From: an uncultured Acidimicrobiaceae bacterium | GTDB lineage: Bacteria; Actinomycetota; Acidimicrobiia; Acidimicrobiales; RAAP-2 | Assembly (NCBI GenBank): GCA_963835465.1 | Contig: CAWIFR010000007.1 | Coordinates: forward strand, 494,949-558,948 | Direction: 5' to 3' | DNA length: 64,000 bases | Shown: positions 19,568 through 29,180 of the stretch, piece by piece | Layout: every line of letters begins with the position of its first letter | Numbering within the stretch: position 1 is the first letter of the stretch | Notes under the pieces: generated by a model | The model's database searches: none | What the model was told of the DNA's origin: nothing | What the model saw: the letters and a program-made list of their open reading frames with translations, nothing else | Position numbers and translations under genes: made by a program

Positions 19568-19700
19568 CTCCTGGCCTTCCGACGCCAGGGCTCCGTTCCG
19601 CTACCATTTTGATCGTGTGTGGAAGTTTGGGGCAGGCACCGTCGATTGCGAGCAGCCGTGCAGCACCAGAGGGGGAGCGACGCGCTCCGATGAACGTGCC

Positions 19701-20720
19701 ATGAGCGAGGCAGCTCGTCCCGGCGCGCTGGTGATCTCCCTCGACTTTGAGTTGCACTGGGGCTTGCGTGACCATGTCGGGCGACAGGATGCCCTCTACC
19801 GCCGCCTTCCATCAGCACGGCAGGCAGTGGTGGACATGGCTGCATTGTTCGACGTCCGGGGCATCCGGGCAACATGGGCCACCGTGGGTTTTCTCTTTGC
19901 GTCCACCAAACAACAATTCCAGCAGAACCTACCGAGCGTCCGTCCGAGCTACACACATCCCGAACTCGATCCCTACAGCGAACCGATCGGCGAGGACGAA
20001 GAGCACGATCCTGAACATTTAGCCGGCTCGCTGGTTGATCTCCTGGCCGCCACGCCGGGCCAAGAGGTCGGCTCGCACACCTTCTCCCACTACTACTGCT
20101 TGGAGGCGAGGCAATCGGAGGCCGGTTTCCGGGCTGATCTGGGCGCAGCGCAGGCTATCGCCAAGAGCCGGGGGCTTCACCTGCGAAGTCTGGTGCTTCC
20201 GCGCAACCAGTGGAATCCGGCATACACCAGGGTCGTACAGGACTGCGGGTTCGACTGCATTCGCGGGCCTCAGCCCAGCTGGCGACACCGCGCCGAGGGC
20301 CGCGACATCTTCGGCACCAAACTGCGTAGGACGGCGAGGATCATGGATACCTACATGGGACTCGCTCCTCCCCCTACCACGGCTTGGGACGAGGTGCGGC
20401 GCCCCTCAGGTCTGTGCGACATTCCGGCGAGTGCGTTCCTCCGACCATTCGACCCGGGCCGACGACATCTCGAACCACTCCGTCGGGCCCGGCTGTACTC
20501 GGGCATGCGTGCCGCGGCACGCCGGGGGCGCATTTTCCATCTGTGGTGGCATCCCCACAACTTCTCGCAGCACCGCGACGAAAATCTGACATTCCTGGCC
20601 GAATTACTCGACGAGTTCGAGAAGCTGCAGTCGTCCGAGGGCATGCGATCCCTCTCGATGGGAGACGTAGCAGATGAGCTGGCCCCGACGGGCTCCAAGT
20701 CTCGGACGGTCAGGAGCTGA
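19701..20720 (+). CDS. Polysaccharide deacetylase (CE4/NodB-homology family)
   Basis: ORF 19482..20720 trimmed to the ATG at 19701 (MSEAARPGALVISLDFELHWGLRDH...). His motif VGSHTFSHYY. C-terminal HLWWHPHNF. Confidence 0.7.
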   Translation: MSEAARPGALVISLDFELHWGLRDHVGRQDALYRRLPSARQAVVDMAALFDVRGIRATWATVGFLFASTKQQFQQNLPSVRPSYTHPELDPYSEPIGEDEEHDPEHLAGSLVDLLAATPGQEVGSHTFSHYYCLEARQSEAGFRADLGAAQAIAKSRGLHLRSLVLPRNQWNPAYTRVVQDCGFDCIRGPQPSWRHRAEGRDIFGTKLRRTARIMDTYMGLAPPPTTAWDEVRRPSGLCDIPASAFLRPFDPGRRHLEPLRRARLYSGMRAAARRGRIFHLWWHPHNFSQHRDENLTFLAELLDEFEKLQSSEGMRSLSMGDVADELAPTGSKSRTVRS

Positions 20721-20741
20721 GACGGCGATGCCGAGTCGGGA

Positions 20742-21356
20742 TCAACCCGGGGCGGTCGATTTCTCGATCGCTCCATCCAAGGCGCGAAGCACTTGCTGGA
20801 CGGCGTCGACCAGCGGTCGGTGGGCCTCGATGACGAGCTCGGGTGAGTCGGGCTCCTCGTAGGGATCATCGATGCCGGTGAATTGCTCGATGGCTCCAGC
20901 AGCAGCTTGCGCGTACAGGCCTTTGGCGTCACGAGCGGTGCACTCGCCAGCCGACGCGGAGAGGTAGACCTCGACGAAAGGCAGGCCTGCGGACTCGTGC
21001 AGGGCGCGGGCATGCTCACGTGAACTGGCATAGGGGCTGATGACGGCGACGATGGACACCAGCCCAGCATCAGCGAAGAGACAGGCCACTTCGGCGATGC
21101 GCCGGCAGTTCTCCTCACGGGCGTCACGCCCGAAGCCGAGATCGTTGTTCAATCCTGTGCGCAGGTTGTCGCCATCGAGCCGATAGGCGTTGCGCCCGGC
21201 CGCAATCAGTTGTCGTTCGAGCTCGACCGCCAGGGTCGACTTTCCCGAACCCGACAGACCGGTCAGCCATACGGTGGCGCCCGGCCCTCCCGAGGCACCG
21301 ATGCGTTCGTCTCTGGTGACGCTCCCCGCATGCCAGGTCACGTTGGAGGAGTTCAT
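20742..21356 (-). CDS. cysC: Adenylylsulfate (APS) kinase
   Basis: ORF trimmed to the ATG at 21356, preceded by the Shine-Dalgarno GGAAGGAG (21361-21368). P-loop VWLTGLSGSGKSTLA; LDGDNLRTGLN motif. Confidence 0.9.
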   Translation of the reverse strand: MNSSNVTWHAGSVTRDERIGASGGPGATVWLTGLSGSGKSTLAVELERQLIAAGRNAYRLDGDNLRTGLNNDLGFGRDAREENCRRIAEVACLFADAGLVSIVAVISPYASSREHARALHESAGLPFVEVYLSASAGECTARDAKGLYAQAAAGAIEQFTGIDDPYEEPDSPELVIEAHRPLVDAVQQVLRALDGAIEKSTAPG

Positions 21357-21372
21357 CGTTCTCCTTCCCGAC

Positions 21373-22623
21373 TCAGTCGGGACCCAGCAGCATGCCTGCC
21401 CCAACGGTCACGTTGGTGTCCTCGGCCGCAAGAATGAACGAACCGGTCTGCCGGTTGCGCCGATAGCTGTCATAGAAGAGTGGTTGGGTGACCCGCAGAC
21501 TCACCCGACCCACATCGTTCAGGCTGAGCGTCGATGACGCCTCGTCACGGTGCAGGGTGTTGACGTCGAGCCGGTAGCGGACGTCCCGCACCACAGCACG
21601 AACCCAACGCGTGGTGTGCTTCAGAGCGAAGAAGTCGCCCACCTTCAGGGGCTTGTCCGTCATCCACGCCACCATGGCATCAAGGTCCTGACCGGTGGAT
21701 GGCCGATTTGCCGGCCGGCAGATCATGTCGCCCCGAGAAACGTCGACATCGTCGTTCAGCCGGAGGGTCACCGACATGGGCGGGAAGGCTTCGTCGATGG
21801 GCCCGTTGAACATGTCGATGCCGGCCACGGTGGTGGTCAGGCCCGAGGGGAGCACCAGCACCTCGTCGCCTGGCTTGAACACACCTCCGGCCACTCGGCC
21901 GGCATAGCCGCGATAGTCAGGGACACTGGTGGCCTGAGGACGAATGACCCACTGCACGGGAAAGCGGGGGTCGATCAGATTTCGATCCGAGGAGATGTAG
22001 ACCTGCTCGAGGTGGTGCAGGAGGGAGGCACCCTCGTACCAAGGCATGTTGGCCGAGCGCTGGACCACGTTGTCGCCCTGCAGCGCCGAGATGGGGATGA
22101 AGCTGAGGTCCGAGAGCTCGAGCCGGCTGGCGAAATCGGCAAACTCCTCACGGATCGATTCGAAGACGTCGCGGTCGTAGCCCACCAAGTCCATCTTGTT
22201 GATACAGAGGAGAAGATGGGGCACCCGGAGCAGCGAGGCCAGAAAGGCGTGCCGACGGGTCTGCTCGACGATGCCCTTGCGGGCGTCGACCAGCACAATG
22301 GTCAGATCGGCGGTGGAGTTCCCGGTCACCATGTTCCGCGTGTACTGGATGTGCCCGGGTGTGTCGGCGATGATGAACTTGCGCACCGGCGTGGCGAAAT
22401 AGCGGTAGGCCACGTCGATGGTGATGCCTTGCTCTCGCTCGGCTCGGAGGCCGTCGGTCAGCAGGGCCAGGTCCGTATACTCGTCGCCCCGTTGGCGGCT
22501 GACCCGCTCCACCGACTCCAGTTGGTCCTCGAAAATGGCCTTGGAGTCGTACAGCAGGCGGCCGATGAGCGTGCTCTTACCGTCGTCGACCGAGCCCGCC
22601 GTAGCCAAGCGCAGAAGTTCCAT
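21373..22623 (-). CDS. cysN: Sulfate adenylyltransferase subunit 1 (GTPase)
   Basis: 416 aa with GSVDDGKSTLIGRLL, DTPGH and NKMD GTPase motifs. Its start overlaps the cysD stop (TGATG). Confidence 0.92.
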   Translation of the reverse strand: MELLRLATAGSVDDGKSTLIGRLLYDSKAIFEDQLESVERVSRQRGDEYTDLALLTDGLRAEREQGITIDVAYRYFATPVRKFIIADTPGHIQYTRNMVTGNSTADLTIVLVDARKGIVEQTRRHAFLASLLRVPHLLLCINKMDLVGYDRDVFESIREEFADFASRLELSDLSFIPISALQGDNVVQRSANMPWYEGASLLHHLEQVYISSDRNLIDPRFPVQWVIRPQATSVPDYRGYAGRVAGGVFKPGDEVLVLPSGLTTTVAGIDMFNGPIDEAFPPMSVTLRLNDDVDVSRGDMICRPANRPSTGQDLDAMVAWMTDKPLKVGDFFALKHTTRWVRAVVRDVRYRLDVNTLHRDEASSTLSLNDVGRVSLRVTQPLFYDSYRRNRQTGSFILAAEDTNVTVGAGMLLGPD

Positions 22624-23558
22624 CAGAAGTACCCCTCGCGCTTTCGGTCTTCCATCGAGGCCTCGCTGACCCGGTCGTCGGCCCGGGTGGCGCCCCGCTC
22701 GGTCAGACGGGAGGCGGCCACTTCGAGCACGATATCCTCGGCCGACGCCGCCGGTGACTCCACAGCCCCAGTGACAGTCATATCCCCCACGGTCCGATAG
22801 CGCACGGATGCCTCGAAGATCTCTTCGTCGTCACGAAGGCTGACATAGGGGCCAACGGCCAGCAGCATCCCGTCGCGGCGGAACACCTGACGGCGATGGG
22901 AGTAGTAGATCTCGGGAAGCGGGATCTCCTCCCTGGCGATGTACTGCCAGATGTCCAACTCGGTCCAGTCCGACAGGGGGAACACCCGGATGTGCTCGCC
23001 AGCACGGTGGCGGCCGTTATAGAGGGACCACAGCTCGGGGCGCTGGTTCTTCGGGTCCCACTGACCGAATTCATCCCGGAACGAGAATACCCGCTCCTTG
23101 GCCCGGGCCTTCTCCTCGTCGCGGCGGGCGCCGCCGAACACGGCGTCGAACTTGTGCTCGGTGATGGCGTCGAGCAGCGTTCGCGTCTGGAGCCGATTGC
23201 GAGAGGGGTCAGGCCCAGCCTCCTCGACAGCCCGGCCAGCGTCGATCGACTCCTGCACCGAGGCCACCACCAGATTGACGCCGAGGTCATCCGCACAGCG
23301 ATCACGGAACCGCAGCACTTCAGGGAAGTTGTGCCCGGTGTCGATGTGCATGACCGGGAAGGGGATCCGTCCCGGCCAGAAGGCCCGTCGGGCGAGATGG
23401 AGCATCACCACCGAGTCCTTACCCCCGGAGAAGAGCAGCACCGGACGCTCGAATTCAGCTGCCACCTCACGGATGATGTGGATGGACTGGGCCTCGATGC
23501 TCTGCAGCTGCGTGAGCTGATAGTGACCCGATCCCGTCCCTGGTGTTCCCCGGTCCAT
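22623..23558 (-). CDS. cysD: Sulfate adenylyltransferase subunit 2
   Basis: ORF trimmed to the ATG at 23558. PAPS-reductase-fold motif VLLFSGGKDSVVMLHL; C-terminus ...MEDRKREGYF. Confidence 0.92.
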   Translation of the reverse strand: MDRGTPGTGSGHYQLTQLQSIEAQSIHIIREVAAEFERPVLLFSGGKDSVVMLHLARRAFWPGRIPFPVMHIDTGHNFPEVLRFRDRCADDLGVNLVVASVQESIDAGRAVEEAGPDPSRNRLQTRTLLDAITEHKFDAVFGGARRDEEKARAKERVFSFRDEFGQWDPKNQRPELWSLYNGRHRAGEHIRVFPLSDWTELDIWQYIAREEIPLPEIYYSHRRQVFRRDGMLLAVGPYVSLRDDEEIFEASVRYRTVGDMTVTGAVESPAASAEDIVLEVAASRLTERGATRADDRVSEASMEDRKREGYF

Positions 23559-23721
23559 GACCGGCAAATCTAGCCGCGGCCAGCGAGGCTCGTATCGGTG
23601 GCGAGGATACCGGCCCGCCTCGACCACAGGGGTCGATTACCTGTGACCTCGGACGGGCGGCGCCGACGACCGCCCAGCAGCTCCTCGCGGCCCGGTTGGT
23701 ATGCTTGCCGTCGGAGTACTC

Positions 23722-24639
23722 ATGGACCGCACACGCCGCCTCAGCCTCAGCCTGGCCCTCACTGCGGTGCTGGTCGTGGTCGAGGTGGCCTTCGGGATCG
23801 TGGCGCACTCCAGCGGACTGCTGGCCGATGCCGGACACAACGTGGCCGATGCCGGTGCCCTGCTCCTGTCCCTCGTGGCCGTGCGCCTGGCCCTGCGTCC
23901 GCCCAGTGCCGCCCGGTCGTACGGCAACCACCGGGCCACCATCCTCGCCGCGCTAGCCAATTCCTCGCTGATCGCGGTGGTGACCGTCCTGATCGTCTTC
24001 GACAGCGTCCACCGCCTGATCCATCCTGCGCCAGTCCGGGCCGGCATCGTTGTCGTGGTCGCCTCGGTCGGCCTGGTGATCAACGCCCTCGCCGTCCTGG
24101 TGCTCCGGGATAGGTCCAACGACCTCAACATGCGCTCGGCGGTCCTCCATATGACCGGTGACGCCTTGGCCTCACTGGCGGTGGTTCTGGCTGGTGTGGT
24201 GATGCTGTTCGACTCCTCAGCAACCTGGCTCGACCCAGCCTCAGCCCTGATCGTGGCAGCCATCATCGTGCAGCAGGCCGTGCGCATCTTCCGGGCCAGC
24301 ATCGATGTGCTCCTCGAATCCACCCCGTCCGGGCTCGACCTCGGGGACCTGACCAGCTCGATGACTGCAGTACAGGGCGTAACGGAGGTACACGACCTCC
24401 ACGTGTGGAACCTCTCCAGCGAGCTGCGGGTGCTCTCCGCCCACGTCGTGCTCGACGGGCATCCCTCCCTCGAGGAAGCCCAGGCCGTCGGTGACGAGGT
24501 CCGCCGCGCCCTCGCAGAGCCCTACGCCATTTCCCACAGCACGCTTGAGCTGGAATGCGAGCGGTGCCAGGACGATGACGATCCGTGTCGGATGCAGACG
24601 GTCTCGTCCATCTCAGCCGAACCCCTGCACCACCACTGA
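23722..24639 (+). CDS. Cation diffusion facilitator (CDF) metal efflux transporter (CzcD/ZitB-like)
   Basis: Six hydrophobic helices. Metal-site motifs HSSGLLADAGHNVADA and LHMTGDALASLAV. Cytoplasmic C-terminal domain VHDLHVW...LSAHV. Confidence 0.85.
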   Translation: MDRTRRLSLSLALTAVLVVVEVAFGIVAHSSGLLADAGHNVADAGALLLSLVAVRLALRPPSAARSYGNHRATILAALANSSLIAVVTVLIVFDSVHRLIHPAPVRAGIVVVVASVGLVINALAVLVLRDRSNDLNMRSAVLHMTGDALASLAVVLAGVVMLFDSSATWLDPASALIVAAIIVQQAVRIFRASIDVLLESTPSGLDLGDLTSSMTAVQGVTEVHDLHVWNLSSELRVLSAHVVLDGHPSLEEAQAVGDEVRRALAEPYAISHSTLELECERCQDDDDPCRMQTVSSISAEPLHHH

Positions 24640-25200
24640 AACGAGAGTCCCAGGCGAGACTCCAGTACTCGCCGCTCCCGTGGAGCGGAGCTCCAACAAG
24701 CGTTCCTGCGGCGAACCGACCGGAGCGATCCGCCGGAGCGGAGCGCCACGATTAAGGGAACGCGGGGCACGCTCGCCCGCTCGCACACACCCAGGCTCCC
24801 TGGTTCACCTCCTGGAGCTGCCCGTCCGACAGTTCACCCTCGGCTGGCCGGATGCCGGCACCGTGGGTAAACGTCAGCGACCGAGTGTGGCGCTCACAAC
24901 CTCACGCCCTGGCGTACGAGTGCGAGCTCGATCCTCGACCTCTCCCGGTCAGGATCGGCGAAGTCCTGGACATCGCAGACAACTCCACAAGTGCGCGCCA
25001 GATGGATGAGGGCGACGTCGCAGGAGAGGCTGACGGCGAGCTGCGCCGCCCCCGCTTCGAGCGTGGGATCGGCCCGGTTCTCGACCACTCGCTTTCAGCA
25101 ACGCAATAGAGAGGTCAGCGCATCCGATCTGTCGGTGCGGCACATTCCACCTGCTTGCCCAACAGGGAGATGCGCAAGAGATCGGGGTACAGCGCCACCG

Positions 25201-25569
25201 TTACAGCAGCGTGGGAGCGGGCAGCATTGACCTGGCCTCGCGCACCCAACGACTGGCGAGCTGGCGAGAGACCCCAAAGGCCCTCCCAATGTCTGCGATC
25301 GACATTCCCTCAGCCAGAGAGGGCAGGAGAATTGCACTCAATTCGGCGTGCCGGGCCCGCTGGAACGTCATCAGTAAGTCGTGCGTATCGCTCCGAAGCT
25401 GGGCGGTGCCCTCCCCTTGATCCGCCAGCCATTGGGAGACGGACGTTTCGCTGCCAATGGCCGCGGCCATGCGCTCGCTTTCGGCCTCCGCTCTCCGCAG
25501 CTGGAGACGAAGGGCGGACGATGCTTCGTTCGCCTCGTGGATTGCTCTGATCGCCTCGCCGCGATCCAT
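25201..25569 (-). CDS. Small helix-turn-helix protein of unknown function
   Basis: ORF 25201..25644, probably starting at ATG 25569 (MDRGEAIRAIHE...). Coiled-coil-like N-terminus and C-terminal HTH GMSIADIGRAFGVSRQLASRWVREA. It is the only protein-like ORF in 24.64-26.48 kb. Confidence 0.4.
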   Translation of the reverse strand: MDRGEAIRAIHEANEASSALRLQLRRAEAESERMAAAIGSETSVSQWLADQGEGTAQLRSDTHDLLMTFQRARHAELSAILLPSLAEGMSIADIGRAFGVSRQLASRWVREARSMLPAPTLL

Positions 25570-26484
25570 GGCCACCGCCCTCCTTGCTCCCGGGACTGCT
25601 CCAGTCGGACTGGCTGGGACCGCCTTGGGCGCACTTGCCTCCACGGTGCTCCACGAAGGGTCTCAGCGCCAGGGCCGATGGTCACAATTGCCCGGTTCCT
25701 CCCGGTGGCATGGGCACGGCCGGCCCGCGAGCGGCACCACGCTCGGCTCGCCATGACTCGATGCCGGCCTGATCACCATCGCTGCGCCTACCGGAACGTT
25801 CTGGGTGACCCCGGTAGCGCCTTCAGGCCCGGCCGGCCCGCGGATCTGACAGGACCCTGGGTGCGCGGATGCCCGAAGGGCTCTCGGGTCACCTGACGCG
25901 TCGAGCCCACTGCGCCGCTTGCCGCGGCCGCGGCCCCGTGCTCTGGGACTCGGACTCAGCCACCGGTTGGCGGCGGGCACCTGGCCACGGTGCGTGAAGA
26001 GAATGGTCGGGTTGGGCGGTTGCCAGCGAACCGGGGTCGAGCGCGTGGCCATGGCTCTGGACGCGCCGCGGCCCCGAGTAACCGAACGGCTGACGCCGCC
26101 CGAGCTCCTCGGGGCCACGATCACGGTGGACCGCCAGGCCTGGCGCCGAGTCGTGTCGGACAACCCTTCACCAGGCATCGAACCGCCGCGCCCTAGAGCA
26201 CGTCGGCCCTCTGTTCGGACCACCACACCGGTCACCTACGGTCCCGTCTGCCTCCCGGAAGGATCTCTGATCGGACCTTTCGGCCCTCTCGTCCGATCCT
26301 CCCCGGTGACTTCCGGGGCTTCGGCTTCCCGACAAAGGTCATGCTGATTGACGCCACTACGAAGGTCAAGGGCGATCGCCGAAATCCCTACCTTTTCCGC
26401 TGCATTCATTGGCCTGTCCCCAGGTTTTCGCTAGATCTCCACCGCTATTCCCCAGGTGAGCGCCGGGACGCTAGAGTCCTCTTG

Positions 26485-27752
26485 ATGCGTAGGGGTGGGG
26501 GCCACAAGGCTCGCAGCGTCAGCGACCTCCTGTCTCAGGATGACGAGACCGAAGGGAATGGGGACACCGGGGCGGCAGCGGCACCGTCCCCCGGCACGAC
26601 GTCGGCCGCCTCTCCGAGGAGCCGTCGGTCCACCCTGAAGGTTGCAGCCGTCGTCGCGGTCATCCTGGCTGCGATCGTCGCCGTCATTGCGTCGGCGCCG
26701 GGCTGGCTGGGCGCTCAGGCCGCCACCCCTCCGGCCCCGAAGCAGACGCAGGCCGCCGCTGCCCAGGAATCACCGAGCACTGTGCTCTCCTCCTCCACCG
26801 CCAGTCAGCCACCAGCCAGCGCCGACCCGTCGGCACCCGGACGCCTCGTCCCATCCGGCGAAAGCCGCTCGGACCCGTTCCTCTACCAGGCCAATGGGCG
26901 CTACTACCTCTACACCAGCGGCACCACGACGGACTCCATCCCTCTGCTCAATGTGCCTGTCTCCAGCAGCACCGACATGAAGATTGGAGCCGGCCCATCG
27001 ACGCCATGCCGTCCCTTCCCGCCTGGGCGGCCCCCCCGTTCACCTGGGCCCCAGATGTCCATCGCTTCGGTTCGACCTACGTCCTCTACTACACGGCTTA
27101 TCTCGTGATGTTCGACGAACAGTGCATCGGGTCGGCGACGTCGTCCTCACCGCTCGGGCCCTTCACCGCCCAGGTCCATCCCACCATCTGTCAGTCCGAC
27201 CTGTCCGGCTCCATCGACCCCCGGGTGTTCACCGACGACTCCGGCACCAATTGGATGCTCTGGAAGTCGGACCAGAACGCCCACGGTCGTCCCACGCCCA
27301 CCACGCTGTGGTCCCAACGGCTGTCGGCCAACGGGCTCGGCCTGGTCGGCACACCGACCGCCCTGATGAGCCCGGACGAGGCCTGGCAGGGGACCATCGT
27401 CGAGGCCCCGGACATGGTGGAGGTGAACGGTGTCTACTGGCTGACCTACGCGGCGAACTGGTTCAACCAGCCGGCCTACGGCATCGGCGTGGCGTGGTGC
27501 GTCGGACCGTCGGGACCGTGCGCCGACGTCTCCACCAAGCCCCTGATCGGCTCCAATGCCCAAGGGCAGGGTCCGGGGGAGCCTTCGTTCTACCAGGACG
27601 CAAACGGCGTCTGGCTGCTCTACTCGCCCACCATGTACACCGAGGGCGACCCCAACCGGCCGGTGTACATCACCCGAGTGGGCTTCGCTACCTCTGGGGC
27701 CTATCTGGCCGCTGGAGACCCCCCGTCGCCGCTTCCGGCGTCAGCCCCGTAG
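26485..27752 (+). pseudogene. Membrane-anchored GH43-like (five-bladed beta-propeller) glycoside hydrolase with one frameshift
   Basis: ATG 26485; TM anchor LKVAAVVAVILAAIVAVIASA; Ala/Pro/Ser linker; then DPFLYQANGRYYLYTSG. The frame switches at about 26982 (observed atgaagattgg; adding one g gives TDMKDWSRPIDAMPSLPAWA). It continues in ORF 27006..27752 (APDVHRFGSTYVLYYTA...IVEAPDMVEVNGVYWLTYAANW). Confidence 0.7.
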
Positions 27753-29180
27753 TCGGACCAGCTCGGCCTGCACGGCCTTGCCGTCGGCCTTGCGCTGGGT
27801 GGCCGCCATCACCTTGCCGACGAGCAGGCCCCCGACCTTGAGGTCCCCGTCGCAGTACCGGGCCCACTCATCGGGGTGGGCCGCCACCACCTCGGCCACC
27901 GCCGCGGCCAGCGAGTCCTCAGACAGGGCCTCGAACCCCTTGGCGGCCGCGATGGCCACCGGATCCCCGCCGCCCTCAGCCAACATCTCGGCCAGTACCG
28001 CCTTGACCTGGGTGGCCGTCAACGTCCCGTTGTGCTCCATGGTCAGGAGCGTCACATAGGACTGCTCGCCGAGGTGGCGGGCCGACTCGGGGTCGGTAGC
28101 CGCCTCGTTGGCGGTGCGGGCCAAGGCCAGGGCCGGACTGACCCCGGCCGCCGAGGCGGCCACCACCAGTGGGTCCAGGCCCAGGTCGACCACGGTGGCC
28201 ACCTGGTCCACCTGGGCGTCGGTGGCGCCACTCCCCTCCCCGAGCAGCTCCACCAGCCGGGCCCGCCTGACCGCGGGCATGGGATCCATGGTGTCCGCCA
28301 CGGCCCGGATCCACTCGGCATCGGGAACCAGGGGCACCAGGTCCGGCTCGAGGAAGTAGCGGTAGTCGTAGGCGTCCTCTTTGGAGCGCAGGGCCTGGGT
28401 GCGGCCGGCATCCTCATCCCAGTGGCGAGTCTGTTGGACGACACGCTCACCCGACTCGAGCAGGGCGATCTGCCGGTCGGCCTCGTACTCGATGGCCCGG
28501 CCCAGTGAGCGCACGGAGTTGAGGTTCTTGATCTCACATCGGGTCCCGAAGGGCTCGTCCACCGATCGTCGGACCGACACGTTGGCGTCGACTCGCATCG
28601 ACCCCTCCTCCATCTTGCCGTCCGAGGCTCCAGAGGCCACCAGCACGGCTCGCAGTTCCGCGGCGTACGCCCTGGCCTGGGCCGAGGAGCGCATGTCAGG
28701 GGCGCTCACGATCTCGACCAGCGGCACGCCGGACCGGTTGTAGTCGACCAGTGAGTAGTCGGCCCCGTGGATCCGGCCCGATGCCCCGGCGTGGGTGGTC
28801 TTGCCGGTGTCCTCCTCCATGTGGGCGCGCTCGATGCCCACGGTGGTGCCATCGGGAAGGTCGAGGTGGCCAAGCACATTGATTGGCTCGTCGTACTGGC
28901 TGATCTGGTAGTCCTTGGCCTGGTCGGGATAGAAGTAGTTCTTCCGGTGAAAGGTGGATGGCCGGATCTCGCAGTGCAGCGCCGTACCGATGGCCATGGC
29001 CAGCTCCACGGCTCGCTGGTTGATGACTGGCAGTGAACCGGGCAGACCCAGACAGACCGGGCAGACGTTGGTGTTGGGCTGGTCGCCGAACACGTTGGGG
29101 CACCCGCAGAACAGCTTGGTGGCCGTCTTCAGCTCGCAGTGAACCTCCAAGCCCACCACCATCTCCCACCCGGCTTTCAC
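27741..29180 (-). CDS. gatB: Asp/Glu-tRNA amidotransferase subunit B
   Basis: 479 aa with [22 protein letters not shown]...[14 protein letters not shown], a classic GatB N-terminus. Intact. Confidence 0.95.
   Translation of the reverse strand: MKAGWEMVVGLEVHCELKTATKLFCGCPNVFGDQPNTNVCPVCLGLPGSLPVINQRAVELAMAIGTALHCEIRPSTFHRKNYFYPDQAKDYQISQYDEPINVLGHLDLPDGTTVGIERAHMEEDTGKTTHAGASGRIHGADYSLVDYNRSGVPLVEIVSAPDMRSSAQARAYAAELRAVLVASGASDGKMEEGSMRVDANVSVRRSVDEPFGTRCEIKNLNSVRSLGRAIEYEADRQIALLESGERVVQQTRHWDEDAGRTQALRSKEDAYDYRYFLEPDLVPLVPDAEWIRAVADTMDPMPAVRRARLVELLGEGSGATDAQVDQVATVVDLGLDPLVVAASAAGVSPALALARTANEAATDPESARHLGEQSYVTLLTMEHNGTLTATQVKAVLAEMLAEGGGDPVAIAAAKGFEALSEDSLAAAVAEVVAAHPDEWARYCDGDLKVGGLLVGKVMAATQRKADGKAVQAELVRLRG

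Noticed and set aside
24894-25143. A PIN/VapC toxin gene downstream of the HTH gene (a toxin-antitoxin pair).
   Set aside because: Only a roughly 25-aa C-terminal resemblance exists (D-x-x-I-x-x-A...D-x-x-DF). No N-terminal acidic PIN motif could be reconstructed in any frame, even allowing frameshifts. I therefore did not list it as a feature and mention it only as a possible remnant.
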